NCBI GenBank assembly: GCA_039030515.1
Contig: JBCCEA010000001.1
Coordinates: forward strand, 128,001-192,000
Length of the DNA stretch: 64,000 nt
Direction: 5' to 3'
Source of the DNA: Myxococcota bacterium
GTDB lineage: Bacteria > Myxococcota_A > Polyangia > Polyangiales > Houyiibacteriaceae
The number at the start of each line of letters is the position of its first letter. Position 1 is the first letter of the stretch. A program made the translations under genes and the position numbers. Shown in pieces: positions 1-9,857 of the stretch. The notes under the pieces were generated by a model that did not search any database, was not told where the DNA came from, and worked only from the letters and a program-made list of their open reading frames with translations.

Positions 1-243
1 CTTAGGTGGTGTGCTCGTACCCGTCCCAAATGCTGTGCTCGCAGACGCGGTGGAATCGCCGCTCGCCTCGCCGATGGATGCCTTGTTCCCTGACGGTGCT
101 GGCGGCACCTGCATGCCACTCATCATCATCGTTCCCTTGAACTTGGCCGATTTCTTGCTGCTTTTCAGCACCGTGTTGCAGGACACGCATCGTTCAGCTT
201 CGTCAGTATTGGGCGTACCACATTTGGGGCAAAAAACGGTCAC
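1..243 (-). CDS. Zinc-ribbon domain protein, N-terminal part (runs off the window edge; not in the ORF track)
   Basis: Hand translation from GTG at 243, preceded by GGAGGAG: MTVFCPKCGTPNTDEAERCVSCNTVLKSSKKSAKFKGTMMM...; CxxC-x10-CxxC; frame open to position 1. Confidence 0.75.
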   Translation of the reverse strand, partial: MTVFCPKCGTPNTDEAERCVSCNTVLKSSKKSAKFKGTMMMSGMQVPPAPSGNKASIGEASGDSTASASTAFGTGTSTPPK

Positions 244-396
244 GGGTCTCCTCCGACCGCCAACCTGACGTGCCGTTTCTCTCGCCGGGAGCGTCACGGT
301 TTGGGCGACGCGCCCTACGTTATCGTCTGAGCGCGCGCCTGGGAAGCCTTCTCGCATCGCTTCCTGCTTCGCGTTGGAATATTCCCCGAAGACCCC

Positions 397-437
397 TCAA
401 GGGATTCCTTGACAGACGCATCGACCGAGCCTAGCGT
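397..437 (+). promoter_or_regulatory. Sigma70-type promoter upstream of nuoE with overlapping palindrome
   Basis: TTGACA (409-414), 17 bp, TAGCGT (432-437); TCAAGG-GATT-CCTTGA inverted repeat at 397-412. Confidence 0.55.
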
Positions 438-485
438 CTGCGCCGGCTCCTTCACACGATCATTCTTCAATCTTTAGTGTAATCG

Positions 486-1037
486 ATGCAACCCATGGCC
501 TTTGCCCTGTCCCCAGCTCGGGAACAACAGATCGCCCTGCTCCTCGAACGATATCCGACAAAACGGGCTGCATGCCTCCCGGTCTTGTGGTTGTGTCAAA
601 GGGAGCACGGATGGATTAGTCCTGAGGTGATTGTCTTCGTAGCGGAGCGATTGGATTTGTCGACAGCGGTCGTCAAAGGCGTCGTCACCTTCTACACGAT
701 GTTTTTCGAGCACCCGGTTGCTCCGAACGTAGTGTGGGTATGTCGCACACTCTCATGCGAGCTCAGGGGAGCGAAAGCCATCCAGGAACACCTTGAAAAC
801 CGTCTTAAGTGTAAAGTCGGGGGGACAAGTGAAGATGGCAAATTCACCTTGCTCAAGGCGGAATGCCTGGCTGCGTGCGGCCAAGCCCCGATGATTCAAA
901 TCAACGACAAGTATTTCGAGAATCTCAGTCTTCAAGAGCTTGACGACATTATCGACAGCGTGGAACGCGAGACCGAGCTTCCAACTGCGTCGCTAGCGAA
1001 CGAGACTCCCGCTCAGAATCACGGAGCTTCTCCATAG
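486..1037 (+). CDS. nuoE: NADH-quinone oxidoreductase subunit E
   Basis: CRTLSC...CLAAC 2Fe-2S ligands; VVTFYTMF motif. Confidence 0.95.
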   Translation: MQPMAFALSPAREQQIALLLERYPTKRAACLPVLWLCQREHGWISPEVIVFVAERLDLSTAVVKGVVTFYTMFFEHPVAPNVVWVCRTLSCELRGAKAIQEHLENRLKCKVGGTSEDGKFTLLKAECLAACGQAPMIQINDKYFENLSLQELDDIIDSVERETELPTASLANETPAQNHGASP

Positions 1038-1075
1038 ACCCACGACTACGGTCGATAAACTCGAAGGGACATGCT

Positions 1076-2452
1076 GTGGATGACTTCAAGCCAATTTTAA
1101 CAGCCCGTTACGGTGTTGAGAACAATCAGGCGATTTCGGTTGCGGAGCAACACGGGGTTTACTCCGTTGCGCGTCGTGCTTTGACCGAGATGACGCCAGG
1201 GCAAATATTGGAGCAGGTCAAGGCTGCTTCGATTCGAGGTCGAGGTGGCGCCGGATTCCCCGCGGGCGTGAAATGGGGTTTTCTCAGACCGCAGGAGGGC
1301 CAGTCGGTCTATCTGGTGCTCAATGGCGATGAATCTGAGCCCGGAACCTTCAAGGATCGCACCTTGATGACCCGAGATCCCCACCGTCTCATCGAAGGTA
1401 TCCTCTGCTCTTGCTACGCGATCGGTGCACACACTGCATACATCTACGTGCGCGGTGAACTCGCTGCAGCCATCGATGTCCTCGAAGCAGCCCTGAAAGA
1501 AGCTCGCGCCGCCGGATATGTTGGCGCACGTCCTTTCGGTCAGGACTTCCCTATCGAAGTGTGGACACATAGCGGAGCTGGGGCGTACATCTGCGGTGAA
1601 GAGACTGCGCTCCTAAACTCGCTCGAAGGTCGCCGAGGAGAGCCTCGCTACAAACCTCCGTTTCCAGCCAATAAGGGAGTTTTCGGTCAGCCGACCATAG
1701 TGAACAACATCGAGACCATTCAGTCGGTGCCCGACATCCTAGACATGGGGGGTGACGCATGGGCCAGTCTTTCACGACTCGAACGTGACGGGGGGACAAG
1801 GCTGTACGGGATTAGCGGTCACGTCAAAAAGCCGGGTGTGTACGAGGCTCCGGTCGGTATTACGATGCGAGAGCTCATTTACGGTCTTGGTGGCGGCATG
1901 CTTCATGACGATCGCGCGCTCAAGGCCGTGATTCCCGGAGGCTCATCAACGCCCGTTTTGAGGCCCGACCGAAAGGTGCGAGCAAACAAAAAGGACCATC
2001 CGCTTCACCAGTGGCACGGGCTAAGTGAGATTGACGTTCCTATGGGGGTTGATACCTATCGTGCTCTCGGCACCATGTTAGGAACGACCTGTGCCATCGT
2101 GATGGATGAGAGCGTGAGCATGGTGGAAGCCTGCCGAAACTTGATGCGCTTCTACAAGCACGAGTCGTGCGGCCAGTGCACACCATGCAGGGAAGGTGGG
2201 GGCTGGCTTGTCGACGTGCTCGATGGTTTGTGCTCCGGGACAAACCGACCCGAGGACGTGGAGTTGCTGGTGGATATCGCCAACAACATGATGGGTAATA
2301 CCATCTGCGCCTTTGCTGAAGGAACCGCCATGCCACTGCTGGGCTTCGTTCGTCAGTTCCCTGAAGAGTTTTCCGCTGCTGCCCAGTCTGGATTGCCTAA
2401 ATCGACTCGGCTTGATGACAGCACGAGAGCACTTCTTGGGAGTGCAGCGTGA
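1076..2452 (+). CDS. nuoF: NADH-quinone oxidoreductase subunit F
   Basis: GRGGAGFPAG, DESEPGTFKDR, YICGEETAL, ESCGQCTPCREG. Confidence 0.97.
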   Translation: MDDFKPILTARYGVENNQAISVAEQHGVYSVARRALTEMTPGQILEQVKAASIRGRGGAGFPAGVKWGFLRPQEGQSVYLVLNGDESEPGTFKDRTLMTRDPHRLIEGILCSCYAIGAHTAYIYVRGELAAAIDVLEAALKEARAAGYVGARPFGQDFPIEVWTHSGAGAYICGEETALLNSLEGRRGEPRYKPPFPANKGVFGQPTIVNNIETIQSVPDILDMGGDAWASLSRLERDGGTRLYGISGHVKKPGVYEAPVGITMRELIYGLGGGMLHDDRALKAVIPGGSSTPVLRPDRKVRANKKDHPLHQWHGLSEIDVPMGVDTYRALGTMLGTTCAIVMDESVSMVEACRNLMRFYKHESCGQCTPCREGGGWLVDVLDGLCSGTNRPEDVELLVDIANNMMGNTICAFAEGTAMPLLGFVRQFPEEFSAAAQSGLPKSTRLDDSTRALLGSAA

Positions 2453-3087
2453 GCATCTCAGCAAGCGCGCTCTTTTGGTTTAGTTCCGTACTCGCAGTCG
2501 TCGGTGCAATTTGGACCGTAGCAGCCTCTAGACCTCTCAGAGCCTGTATGGGCCTTCTCACCCACATCCTCTCGTTGGCTGCCCTTTACCTGACGCTTCA
2601 GGCGGAAATGCTAGCTGCAATCCAGCTTCTCGTATACGCCGGAGCCGTGGTTGTGCTGTTCATATTCGTCATCATGCTGATCGGGCCCTCCGCCGGCACC
2701 GTTCCGTTTGAAGATGGCACCTCCTTTGGTTTGAATCGACTCGTGCTCCGAAGCTTGGCTGGGACCCTTGCGGCAATGGCGTTTTTGCCGATCCTCATGG
2801 CGGTGACCACGTATGACCCCGCTCCACCATCTGTAGAGCTCTGTAGAACGACTGACTGCGTCGACCTCGGCTCGGTGGATGGTGTGGGTCAAGCGCTTTT
2901 TACAAACGCGATCATTCCGTTTTTGGTAGTAGCGCTCACCCTAACGGTTGCGGTGGTAGGCGCCTTGGCCATGGCGCGAGGGCGAACTCCCGAAGAAATC
3001 ACTGAAGCAAAGCGCAGAAGAGCAGAGAGGGAGGCACGCGCAGCACGCGGCCAAGGTAAGACTTCAGTGGCAGAAGTTGTCGCGTAG
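2449..3087 (+). CDS. nuoJ: NADH-quinone oxidoreductase subunit J
   Basis: QLLVYAGAVVVLFIFVIML motif; hydrophobic helices; overlaps nuoF stop. Confidence 0.93.
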   Translation: MSISASALFWFSSVLAVVGAIWTVAASRPLRACMGLLTHILSLAALYLTLQAEMLAAIQLLVYAGAVVVLFIFVIMLIGPSAGTVPFEDGTSFGLNRLVLRSLAGTLAAMAFLPILMAVTTYDPAPPSVELCRTTDCVDLGSVDGVGQALFTNAIIPFLVVALTLTVAVVGALAMARGRTPEEITEAKRRRAEREARAARGQGKTSVAEVVA

Positions 3088-3355
3088 GGGAGGCAGAAGT
3101 CGTCGCAAAGCGCTCCTTGGAAACCATGGCACAACACCACGGCCAAGGTGCGCTAAAGTTTTATCAAGCAGCGCGAAAATACATCGATGCCGCGAGGCTT
3201 GCTCGTATTCATCGGTTGACCTAGTCGTTGATTTTGTGCACTAAAGGCGCTGATTCTCAGCAAGAGCGAGCTTAGTTACAGCGGGTTCTCTTAAGCGCGC
3301 TTCGCCCCTGAGAGTTCGCGCATCGTTCCTCAAGAAGATAACGGAGCAGTGAAAG

Positions 3356-3679
3356 GTGGAAATCGGTCTCGGTGAATACATCGGCCTCTCGTGCATCCTG
3401 TTCGGGATTGGTACGGTGGGATTTCTTATCCGTCGCAATATCCTCGTTCAGCTCATGAGTATCGAACTCATGCTCAATGCGGTGAATGTTGCGCTGGTCA
3501 GTTTCAACCGCTGGCATCCGGGCACACTGGGCGATTTTGACCATTCTGGTCAGGTGTTCGCCTTTTTCGTGATCGCGGTGGCTGCGGCGGAGGCCGCGGT
3601 AGGCTTGGCCATCGTCCTAAGTCTCTTCCGACTTAAAAAGAGTGTGGCGAGCGATCTGGTCGATCAGCTCAGATACTAA
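3356..3679 (+). CDS. nuoK: NADH-quinone oxidoreductase subunit K
   Basis: MSIELMLNAVN and AAAEAAVGLAI motifs. Confidence 0.95.
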   Translation: MEIGLGEYIGLSCILFGIGTVGFLIRRNILVQLMSIELMLNAVNVALVSFNRWHPGTLGDFDHSGQVFAFFVIAVAAAEAAVGLAIVLSLFRLKKSVASDLVDQLRY

Positions 3680-3703
3680 ACCCTAAAGGAATCGACGGCA
3701 GAG

Positions 3704-6511
3704 ATGGAACTCGGCTTTGACGCATCGCGCAGTTTACTCTGGATAGTTTTGCTTCCCCTTGCCGGGGCGGTCATCAACGGCATTTTTGGTCGCTTTGCGG
3801 AACGTCGACTGGTAAGCGCCGTCGCGCTAGGTTCGGTGGCCGGCGCCTTTTTGCTGGCGTTGTTCGCCTTTTCCCGACTGGTGCTCGCAAGGGTCGGAGG
3901 AGAAGAGGGCGCTCGCATCGCGTATACGGCATACGAGTGGTTTTCGCTCACGCTCCCCGCAAATCCCGCAGCGGGGCAGTCTAGCGTTGCAATACCCATT
4001 CATATTCGCTTCGTGATGGATTCGCTTTCCGGAGTGATGACTTTAGTCATCACGGGCATTGGCCTACTGATCCATCTCTACAGCGTCGGCTACATGAGCG
4101 AAGACAAAGGGCTTGCGCGTTTCTTCGCATACCTAAATCTCTTCATGGCCTCGATGCTGATCTTGGTGCTCGCCAGCAACGTGCCCCTTATGTTTGTTGG
4201 CTGGGAGGGGGTTGGACTTTGTTCCTACCTGTTGATTGGATTTTGGTTCGACACACCGGCGTACGCAGCGGCAGGTCGTAAGGCTTTTGTCGTCAATCGA
4301 ATCGGCGACTTTGGGGTGCTGCTGGGCATGTTTGTCTTGGCTGGATTTGTCGCGGTTCAGTTCTCGGGATCCTCACCGACAACGGTAGCTGCGTTCGAGT
4401 TTGAAGTAATCAACCAGGCTGCGTCCCGCATGCACACTGCTCTGCCCTTCACCGTGTTTGGGATCGGTGGTTCGGTAGCCACGGTAGCCGGTCTTTTCCT
4501 TTTTCTTGGATGCACCGGTAAAAGTGCTCAATTGCCGCTCTACGTGTGGCTCCCCGACGCGATGGCGGGCCCGACTCCGGTTTCTGCGCTCATCCACGCT
4601 GCAACTATGGTCACGGCCGGTGTCTACCTGTGCTGTCGGTTGTCTCCGGTCTTTCTACAAAGCTCGACCGTGCTTGCGACGATCGCCATTGTTGGCTCAC
4701 TTACCGCACTCATGGCTGCAACCATTGCGGTTGTCCAGACCGATATGAAGAAGATTTTGGCGTACTCCACGGTAAGTCAACTCGGGTTTATGTTTGCAGC
4801 CGTAGGTGTGGGCGCGTTCGGAGCTGCGATTTTTCACGTTTTTACCCATGCGTTCTTCAAAGCGTGTCTCTTTCTCGGCGCTGGTTCCGTGATGCATTCG
4901 GTTGGCGCTCATGGTGACGCGGATGTGCGTAAACTGGGAGGGCTTAAGCACTACATGCCGACGACCCGCTGGACGTTCCTTCTGAGCTGTCTCGCGATCG
5001 CAGGCGTCCCGCTGACGAGCGGTTTCTTTTCGAAAGATGCGATCTTACACGGTGCGCTCACGATGACCCTGGTGCCTGGAGGTGGCTTGCTCGTTGGCGG
5101 CCTGGTCTTTGCCCTTTTGGCGGTCGCCGCGACGCTAACCGCGTTCTACATGTTTCGTCTCTATTTCCTGACGTTCGAGGGGTCGTACCGGAGCGCGGAA
5201 GCAGAATCCGAAGCGCATCACTCTGACCACCACCACGATGGCGAGGCCCATGCCTACGACCCCCATCCTCACGAGTCGCCGATGACGATGACGATTCCGC
5301 TGATGGTGCTCGGTGTGGGCGCAGTTGTGGTCGGCTATCTGAACCTCGATCCGCTGGTGCATCTTGTGACCCACGACCTTCACTTGAACTACTGGGAACA
5401 CTGGCTGGATCCCGCGGTGGCAAATCTGAGTGCGGCATCCCTCCCTGGCGTAGACCACGAGCCCACATGGTTCGGTTATTTGGCTGCAGGAGTCGGTACC
5501 TTGGCCATGATCACCGGAGTGTATACGTCTTACCGCTTCTACATCATCGGTGGAGGAGCACCTGCCGAAAAAATTGCGTCTTTAGTGCCCAGACTGCACC
5601 GCTTCCTATTCGAAAAATGGCGCGTAGACGAGTTTTACGGATTTGTCATCGTTCGGCCCATGAAAGAGCTCGCCAAGGTCGCTGGCTCGATGGATCTCAC
5701 TTTCGTAGACGGGGTCTTAACCAAGCTCAGCAGTTCAAGCGTCAGACTCCTAGGCTGGCTGTCCGTGAGGATTCAAAGCGGAGCTATCTACGTTTATGGG
5801 GCGTTTATGGCGCTCGGGATTGTGTTTTTGACCTGGTGGTTCTTGCAGCCGCACCCACAGCTCTTGGTCACTTCGCAGCAACGTTCTGCTCGTTTCGAGG
5901 TCAGTCCCGGTGCCGGCTACGAGTACCGCTGGGATATCAATTCCGACGGCGTTTATGAAACGGGTTGGAACAACGACAAGCTTGCGGTCGAATATGAGTT
6001 CGGCGCTAAGGACCCGTTTCACCACGTGCTGGTACTCAGTCATCAGACCGTTCAGCCCGGCAGAGCAGGGCGAGGGCGGAGCGTCTCGGTGATGCGTCAA
6101 GATCTCGAGCACGGCGGAAGTTTCGTCTTGCCTGCAAGCGTTCTTCCGACTGGCTGGCAGCGTCGAGATGACTCCGGTGAAGTCCTGGACGGTCCAACTC
6201 CTGCTTTTGAGATCGACGGTTCCGGTGTGCTTCGAGTCCTGCCGAACTCGGCCCAGCTCCGCGTCAATGGTCGACCGGTTACGGAGAAAACCATGTTGGA
6301 TCCGGGTTCAACGCTCACCGTGGGTTCGCTAGTCATTCAGGTTGCCATGAGGATCAGTGCCACGGTTGAAGTTCGAAACGTCTACGGCAAGACGTCGTCC
6401 GCCCGCGCCGACGCGGATCTGGTGCTTCGCCGGCCTTTTCAGATTCCCAGGCAGCCGACGGTTTCGAAACTAACTCTGCCGGAATCGGCGAAAGGCTCGG
6501 AGTTGCAGTGA
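3704..6511 (+). CDS. nuoL: NADH-quinone oxidoreductase subunit L with about 220-aa C-terminal extension
   Basis: GWEGVGLCSYLLIGFW, WLPDAMAGPTPVSALIHAATMV, HAFFKA; 935 aa. Confidence 0.95.
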   Translation: MELGFDASRSLLWIVLLPLAGAVINGIFGRFAERRLVSAVALGSVAGAFLLALFAFSRLVLARVGGEEGARIAYTAYEWFSLTLPANPAAGQSSVAIPIHIRFVMDSLSGVMTLVITGIGLLIHLYSVGYMSEDKGLARFFAYLNLFMASMLILVLASNVPLMFVGWEGVGLCSYLLIGFWFDTPAYAAAGRKAFVVNRIGDFGVLLGMFVLAGFVAVQFSGSSPTTVAAFEFEVINQAASRMHTALPFTVFGIGGSVATVAGLFLFLGCTGKSAQLPLYVWLPDAMAGPTPVSALIHAATMVTAGVYLCCRLSPVFLQSSTVLATIAIVGSLTALMAATIAVVQTDMKKILAYSTVSQLGFMFAAVGVGAFGAAIFHVFTHAFFKACLFLGAGSVMHSVGAHGDADVRKLGGLKHYMPTTRWTFLLSCLAIAGVPLTSGFFSKDAILHGALTMTLVPGGGLLVGGLVFALLAVAATLTAFYMFRLYFLTFEGSYRSAEAESEAHHSDHHHDGEAHAYDPHPHESPMTMTIPLMVLGVGAVVVGYLNLDPLVHLVTHDLHLNYWEHWLDPAVANLSAASLPGVDHEPTWFGYLAAGVGTLAMITGVYTSYRFYIIGGGAPAEKIASLVPRLHRFLFEKWRVDEFYGFVIVRPMKELAKVAGSMDLTFVDGVLTKLSSSSVRLLGWLSVRIQSGAIYVYGAFMALGIVFLTWWFLQPHPQLLVTSQQRSARFEVSPGAGYEYRWDINSDGVYETGWNNDKLAVEYEFGAKDPFHHVLVLSHQTVQPGRAGRGRSVSVMRQDLEHGGSFVLPASVLPTGWQRRDDSGEVLDGPTPAFEIDGSGVLRVLPNSAQLRVNGRPVTEKTMLDPGSTLTVGSLVIQVAMRISATVEVRNVYGKTSSARADADLVLRRPFQIPRQPTVSKLTLPESAKGSELQ

Positions 6512-8127
6512 TGAACGATGCGCTACTGACATGGTTGGTGCTTCTGCCCTTGATCGGGGCGCTTATCGTAGGTTTTACCCCGCGACAGTGGGTAACGGGA
6601 ATACGAACGGTCAGCGTCGCCTGGATGCTGCTCACGTTCGCGGTTTCACTCACGCTGCTCACCGAGAACTTCGCTGAAGGGCCAGGCGCGGCCGACATGA
6701 AGTTTGTTCAACATCTCCCGTGGATCCCCTCATTGGGCATCTCCTACAAAGTTGGGGTGGACGGACTCTCACTCTGGTTGGTGCTCCTGACAACCGCACT
6801 CACCCCGATCTCGCTTTACGCTTCATGGACGAGTATCGATACGAAAATCAAAGAGTATGCGATCTGCTTTTTGGTCCTTGAAGCTGGAATGCTTGGCGCT
6901 TTTGTCGCGCTAGATGTCTTCCTCTACTACGTTTTTTGGGAATTAATGCTGGCGCCGATGTACTTCATCGTCGGTATCTGGGGCGGCAAAGATCGAGTCT
7001 ATGCCGCAGTAAAGTTCTTTTTGTACACGATGGTCGGCAGTCTTCTCATGCTGGTCGCCATCCTCTACCTCGTCTCCGTATACCATGAGCTTTCCATGGC
7101 GCAGGGACTTGCCGAGTCCTATTCTTTTGAGCTCTCGGAGCTTTCACGAGTGGTGTTGCCGTTCGAGGTTCAAGTCTGGCTTTTTGCAGCCTTCGTGCTC
7201 GCATTCGCCATCAAAGTTCCGATGTTTCCGTTTCATACTTGGCTCCCGGACGCTCACGTTCAGGCGCCTACCGGGGGATCGATCGCACTCGCCGCGGTGA
7301 TGCTCAAGCTCGGTACCTACGGGTTTCTGCGCTTTGCCATTCCATTATTTCCTCTAGCGGCGGTTCGCGTTGGCCCGTCGCTCGCGGTTCTTGCGGTTGT
7401 GGGCATTATCTACGGAGCCTACTGCGCCTGGGTGCAGCGCGATGTGAAGAAACTGGTCGCCTACAGCTCCGTGAGCCACATGGGGTTTGTGGCACTAGGT
7501 ATTTTTGCGCTCACCCAGCACGGCGTCAGCGGAGCCATTCTTCAAATGCTCAACCATGGCGTGTCTACGGGGGCGCTCTTCATTCTCGTGGGCGTCATCT
7601 ACGAGCGACGACACACCCGGGAGTTGGATGCTTTTGGGGGCCTCGCGCGCGTGATGCCCTGGTACACGCTCGTATTTGTGATCGTCACGATGAGTTCGAT
7701 AGGACTGCCCGGCACCAACGGGTTTGTCGGAGAGTTCATGATACTGAGCGGCACCTTCATGGCGGAAAGGCTGCAGCCGTGGTCCGCGACCTTTACTTTT
7801 TTTGCGGCCACCGGGGTTGTTTTAGCAGCCATCTACATGCTTCACGCTGTCCTGAGGATCTTCTGGGGGCCGGTGCGGCATGAGGTAAACAATGCCCTCG
7901 TCGATCTGACGTCTCGGGAGTGGCGAGTCTTGGCTCCACTCTTGGTGCTCATCTTTTGGGTCGGTTTCTACCCGGCTACCTTCCTCGACCGAATGAATCC
8001 TTCGGTTACGCGCTATCTCAACGAGGTCACAACACGGGCAACCGATCAGACGTTTGACGATACGCAGCGTTTGCTTCCGACGATCGACTCGGGGGCGATC
8101 GCACTGAGCGGAGAAAAAAACCAATGA
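6508..8127 (+). CDS. nuoM: NADH-quinone oxidoreductase subunit M
   Basis: KVPMFPFHTWLPDAHVQAPT, LVAYSSVSHMG, GLPGTNGFVGEF. Confidence 0.96.
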   Translation: MMNDALLTWLVLLPLIGALIVGFTPRQWVTGIRTVSVAWMLLTFAVSLTLLTENFAEGPGAADMKFVQHLPWIPSLGISYKVGVDGLSLWLVLLTTALTPISLYASWTSIDTKIKEYAICFLVLEAGMLGAFVALDVFLYYVFWELMLAPMYFIVGIWGGKDRVYAAVKFFLYTMVGSLLMLVAILYLVSVYHELSMAQGLAESYSFELSELSRVVLPFEVQVWLFAAFVLAFAIKVPMFPFHTWLPDAHVQAPTGGSIALAAVMLKLGTYGFLRFAIPLFPLAAVRVGPSLAVLAVVGIIYGAYCAWVQRDVKKLVAYSSVSHMGFVALGIFALTQHGVSGAILQMLNHGVSTGALFILVGVIYERRHTRELDAFGGLARVMPWYTLVFVIVTMSSIGLPGTNGFVGEFMILSGTFMAERLQPWSATFTFFAATGVVLAAIYMLHAVLRIFWGPVRHEVNNALVDLTSREWRVLAPLLVLIFWVGFYPATFLDRMNPSVTRYLNEVTTRATDQTFDDTQRLLPTIDSGAIALSGEKNQ

Positions 8128-9659
8128 GTATCTGGCTTGCGATGTCCCCTCTGCTGACGATCGCTATCGGTGGCATGGCGGTGATGATGCTCGACTCGTT
8201 CTTTCGAGAGAACACCGAGCTGGCTGCGTTCACGACCGTCGTGCTGCTCGTCTCTATGGGACTTTCATTGGCGTTGTGGTTCGGGGGTGGTCCGGTGGAT
8301 ATGCCTCCGATCGTTTCTGGCTATCTAGCGACCGACAAGATGGGGCTTCTTTTTGACGTCCTCATATGCGGCGGAGGAGCGCTCTCGACGTTGCTCGCCG
8401 GTGGCTACCTTGCTGAGCACGACCTGGAGCGGGGCGAGTTCTACGTGCTGACGCTCTTCAGTGCGTTCGGCGCGATGGTGCTCGCTAGGTCTGTCGATTT
8501 GCTTTCCCTATTTCTCGGTCTCGAGACGATGTCCCTCGGCGTGTACGCGCTTGTTGGATTTCGACGCACCAGTAGCCGCTCGGTGGAAGGTGCGGTGAAG
8601 TACTTTCTGCTCGGTTCCTTCGCGGCCGCGATTCTCTTGTTCGGAGGTGCCTTACTCTACGGCGCAACGGGACACACCAACTTCGAAGAGATCGGCAAGG
8701 TGATCGCGGCAGGTGAAGCCGAGGTAGCTCTGGTTTCTGTAGCGATATTGATGCTGATTGCTGGGCTCGCCTTTAAAGTGAGCGCGGTTCCTTTCCACAT
8801 GTGGACACCAGACGCCTACGAGGGAGCGATCACACCCGCGACGAGCTTTATGAGCGTTGCGGTGAAGTCGGCGGCGTTCGCCGTTTTACTCAGGGTTCTC
8901 CTGGTGTGCTTCGGTGATGAGGTGTTGCGAAACGCATATACGGGCTGGCCGCCTGTGATCGCTGCCTTCGCGGCAGTGACCATGGTGTATGGGAATCTGG
9001 CGGCGCTCGGTCAGCAAAGCGTGAAGCGCATGTTGGCTTATTCCTCTATCGCTCACGCAGGTTACGTGCTCGTTGGTGTGTGTGCTGCGTCTAAAGGATA
9101 TGTCGATACGGGCCGCACTCTCGAAGTTGGCTCGCAGTCTGCACACGTTCTGGTGAACACCGGTATGAGTTCGGTGATGTACTATTTGATGGCCTACACG
9201 GTGTCGAACGTGCTGGTTTTTGGCTCGCTTATTCTGGTGGGTAGCCGAGGAAAAGAAGCGGTGTCCTATGAGGATTTGGCCGGGGTAGGGCGGAGGCATC
9301 CGATGGTTGCCGTGCCGTTTGTTCTCGGTGTTCTATCGCTTATGGGCTTTCCACCGACTGCGGGGTTTGTGGGTAAGTATTACGTATTTCAAGCAGCTGT
9401 CTCGGCCGGGGGCGGCATGGTCTGGCTTGCGGTGATAGGGGTGCTCTCCAGTGCCGTCGGCGCGTACTACTATCTGCGTGTCCTTGTATTCATGTTCATG
9501 AAGGAACCTCAGACCAATGCCCCGGTGGCGATTCCGATGCGCTCCGGCTCGGTAGTGCTTGCGCTTTTGGTTTCAGGCTATTTCGTATTGAAGATGGGTA
9601 TTACGCCCGCTTCCTATTTGCAGTTCGCAATCGAAGCAGCCCGGCAGCTGGTCGCCTAA
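8124..9659 (+). CDS. nuoN: NADH-quinone oxidoreductase subunit N
   Basis: FKVSAVPFHMWTPDAYEGA, KRMLAYSSIAHAGY. Confidence 0.96.
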   Translation: MSIWLAMSPLLTIAIGGMAVMMLDSFFRENTELAAFTTVVLLVSMGLSLALWFGGGPVDMPPIVSGYLATDKMGLLFDVLICGGGALSTLLAGGYLAEHDLERGEFYVLTLFSAFGAMVLARSVDLLSLFLGLETMSLGVYALVGFRRTSSRSVEGAVKYFLLGSFAAAILLFGGALLYGATGHTNFEEIGKVIAAGEAEVALVSVAILMLIAGLAFKVSAVPFHMWTPDAYEGAITPATSFMSVAVKSAAFAVLLRVLLVCFGDEVLRNAYTGWPPVIAAFAAVTMVYGNLAALGQQSVKRMLAYSSIAHAGYVLVGVCAASKGYVDTGRTLEVGSQSAHVLVNTGMSSVMYYLMAYTVSNVLVFGSLILVGSRGKEAVSYEDLAGVGRRHPMVAVPFVLGVLSLMGFPPTAGFVGKYYVFQAAVSAGGGMVWLAVIGVLSSAVGAYYYLRVLVFMFMKEPQTNAPVAIPMRSGSVVLALLVSGYFVLKMGITPASYLQFAIEAARQLVA

Positions 9660-9698
9660 CGCTGGCTGCAAATACAGCGCTGGCGTCGAGTAACCTGA

Positions 9699-9736
9699 GA
9701 CTTACCCTGATCACGAAGAGCGCGGGAGGGTAAGTC
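9699..9736. terminator. Stem-loop between convergent nuoN and the DUF5658-like gene
   Basis: Perfect 10-bp inverted repeat GACTTACCCT / AGGGTAAGTC with 18-nt loop; no clear U-tract. Confidence 0.45.
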
Positions 9737-9795
9737 GCCCTGAGGTTTATCCGCAAGTCTGGGGTTTGTTCGCAAATGGAACGATGAGGCTAAGC

Positions 9796-9857
9796 AAAGA
9801 ATGGCTAATTAGAGAACGGCTGGGTAAAGAACGGTTAGGCAAAGAAAAGAATGGCTA
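9796..9857. repeat. Degenerate 15-bp-period repeat spanning the 3' end of the DUF5658-like gene
   Basis: AAAGAATGGCTA (9796), AGAGAACGGCTG (9811), AAAGAACGGTTA (9826), AAAGAATGGCTA (9846). Confidence 0.6.

Noticed and set aside
2..268. ORF-track calls 2-190 (-) and 11-268 (+)
   Set aside because: A different minus-strand frame from GTG 243 has an RBS and a zinc-ribbon motif
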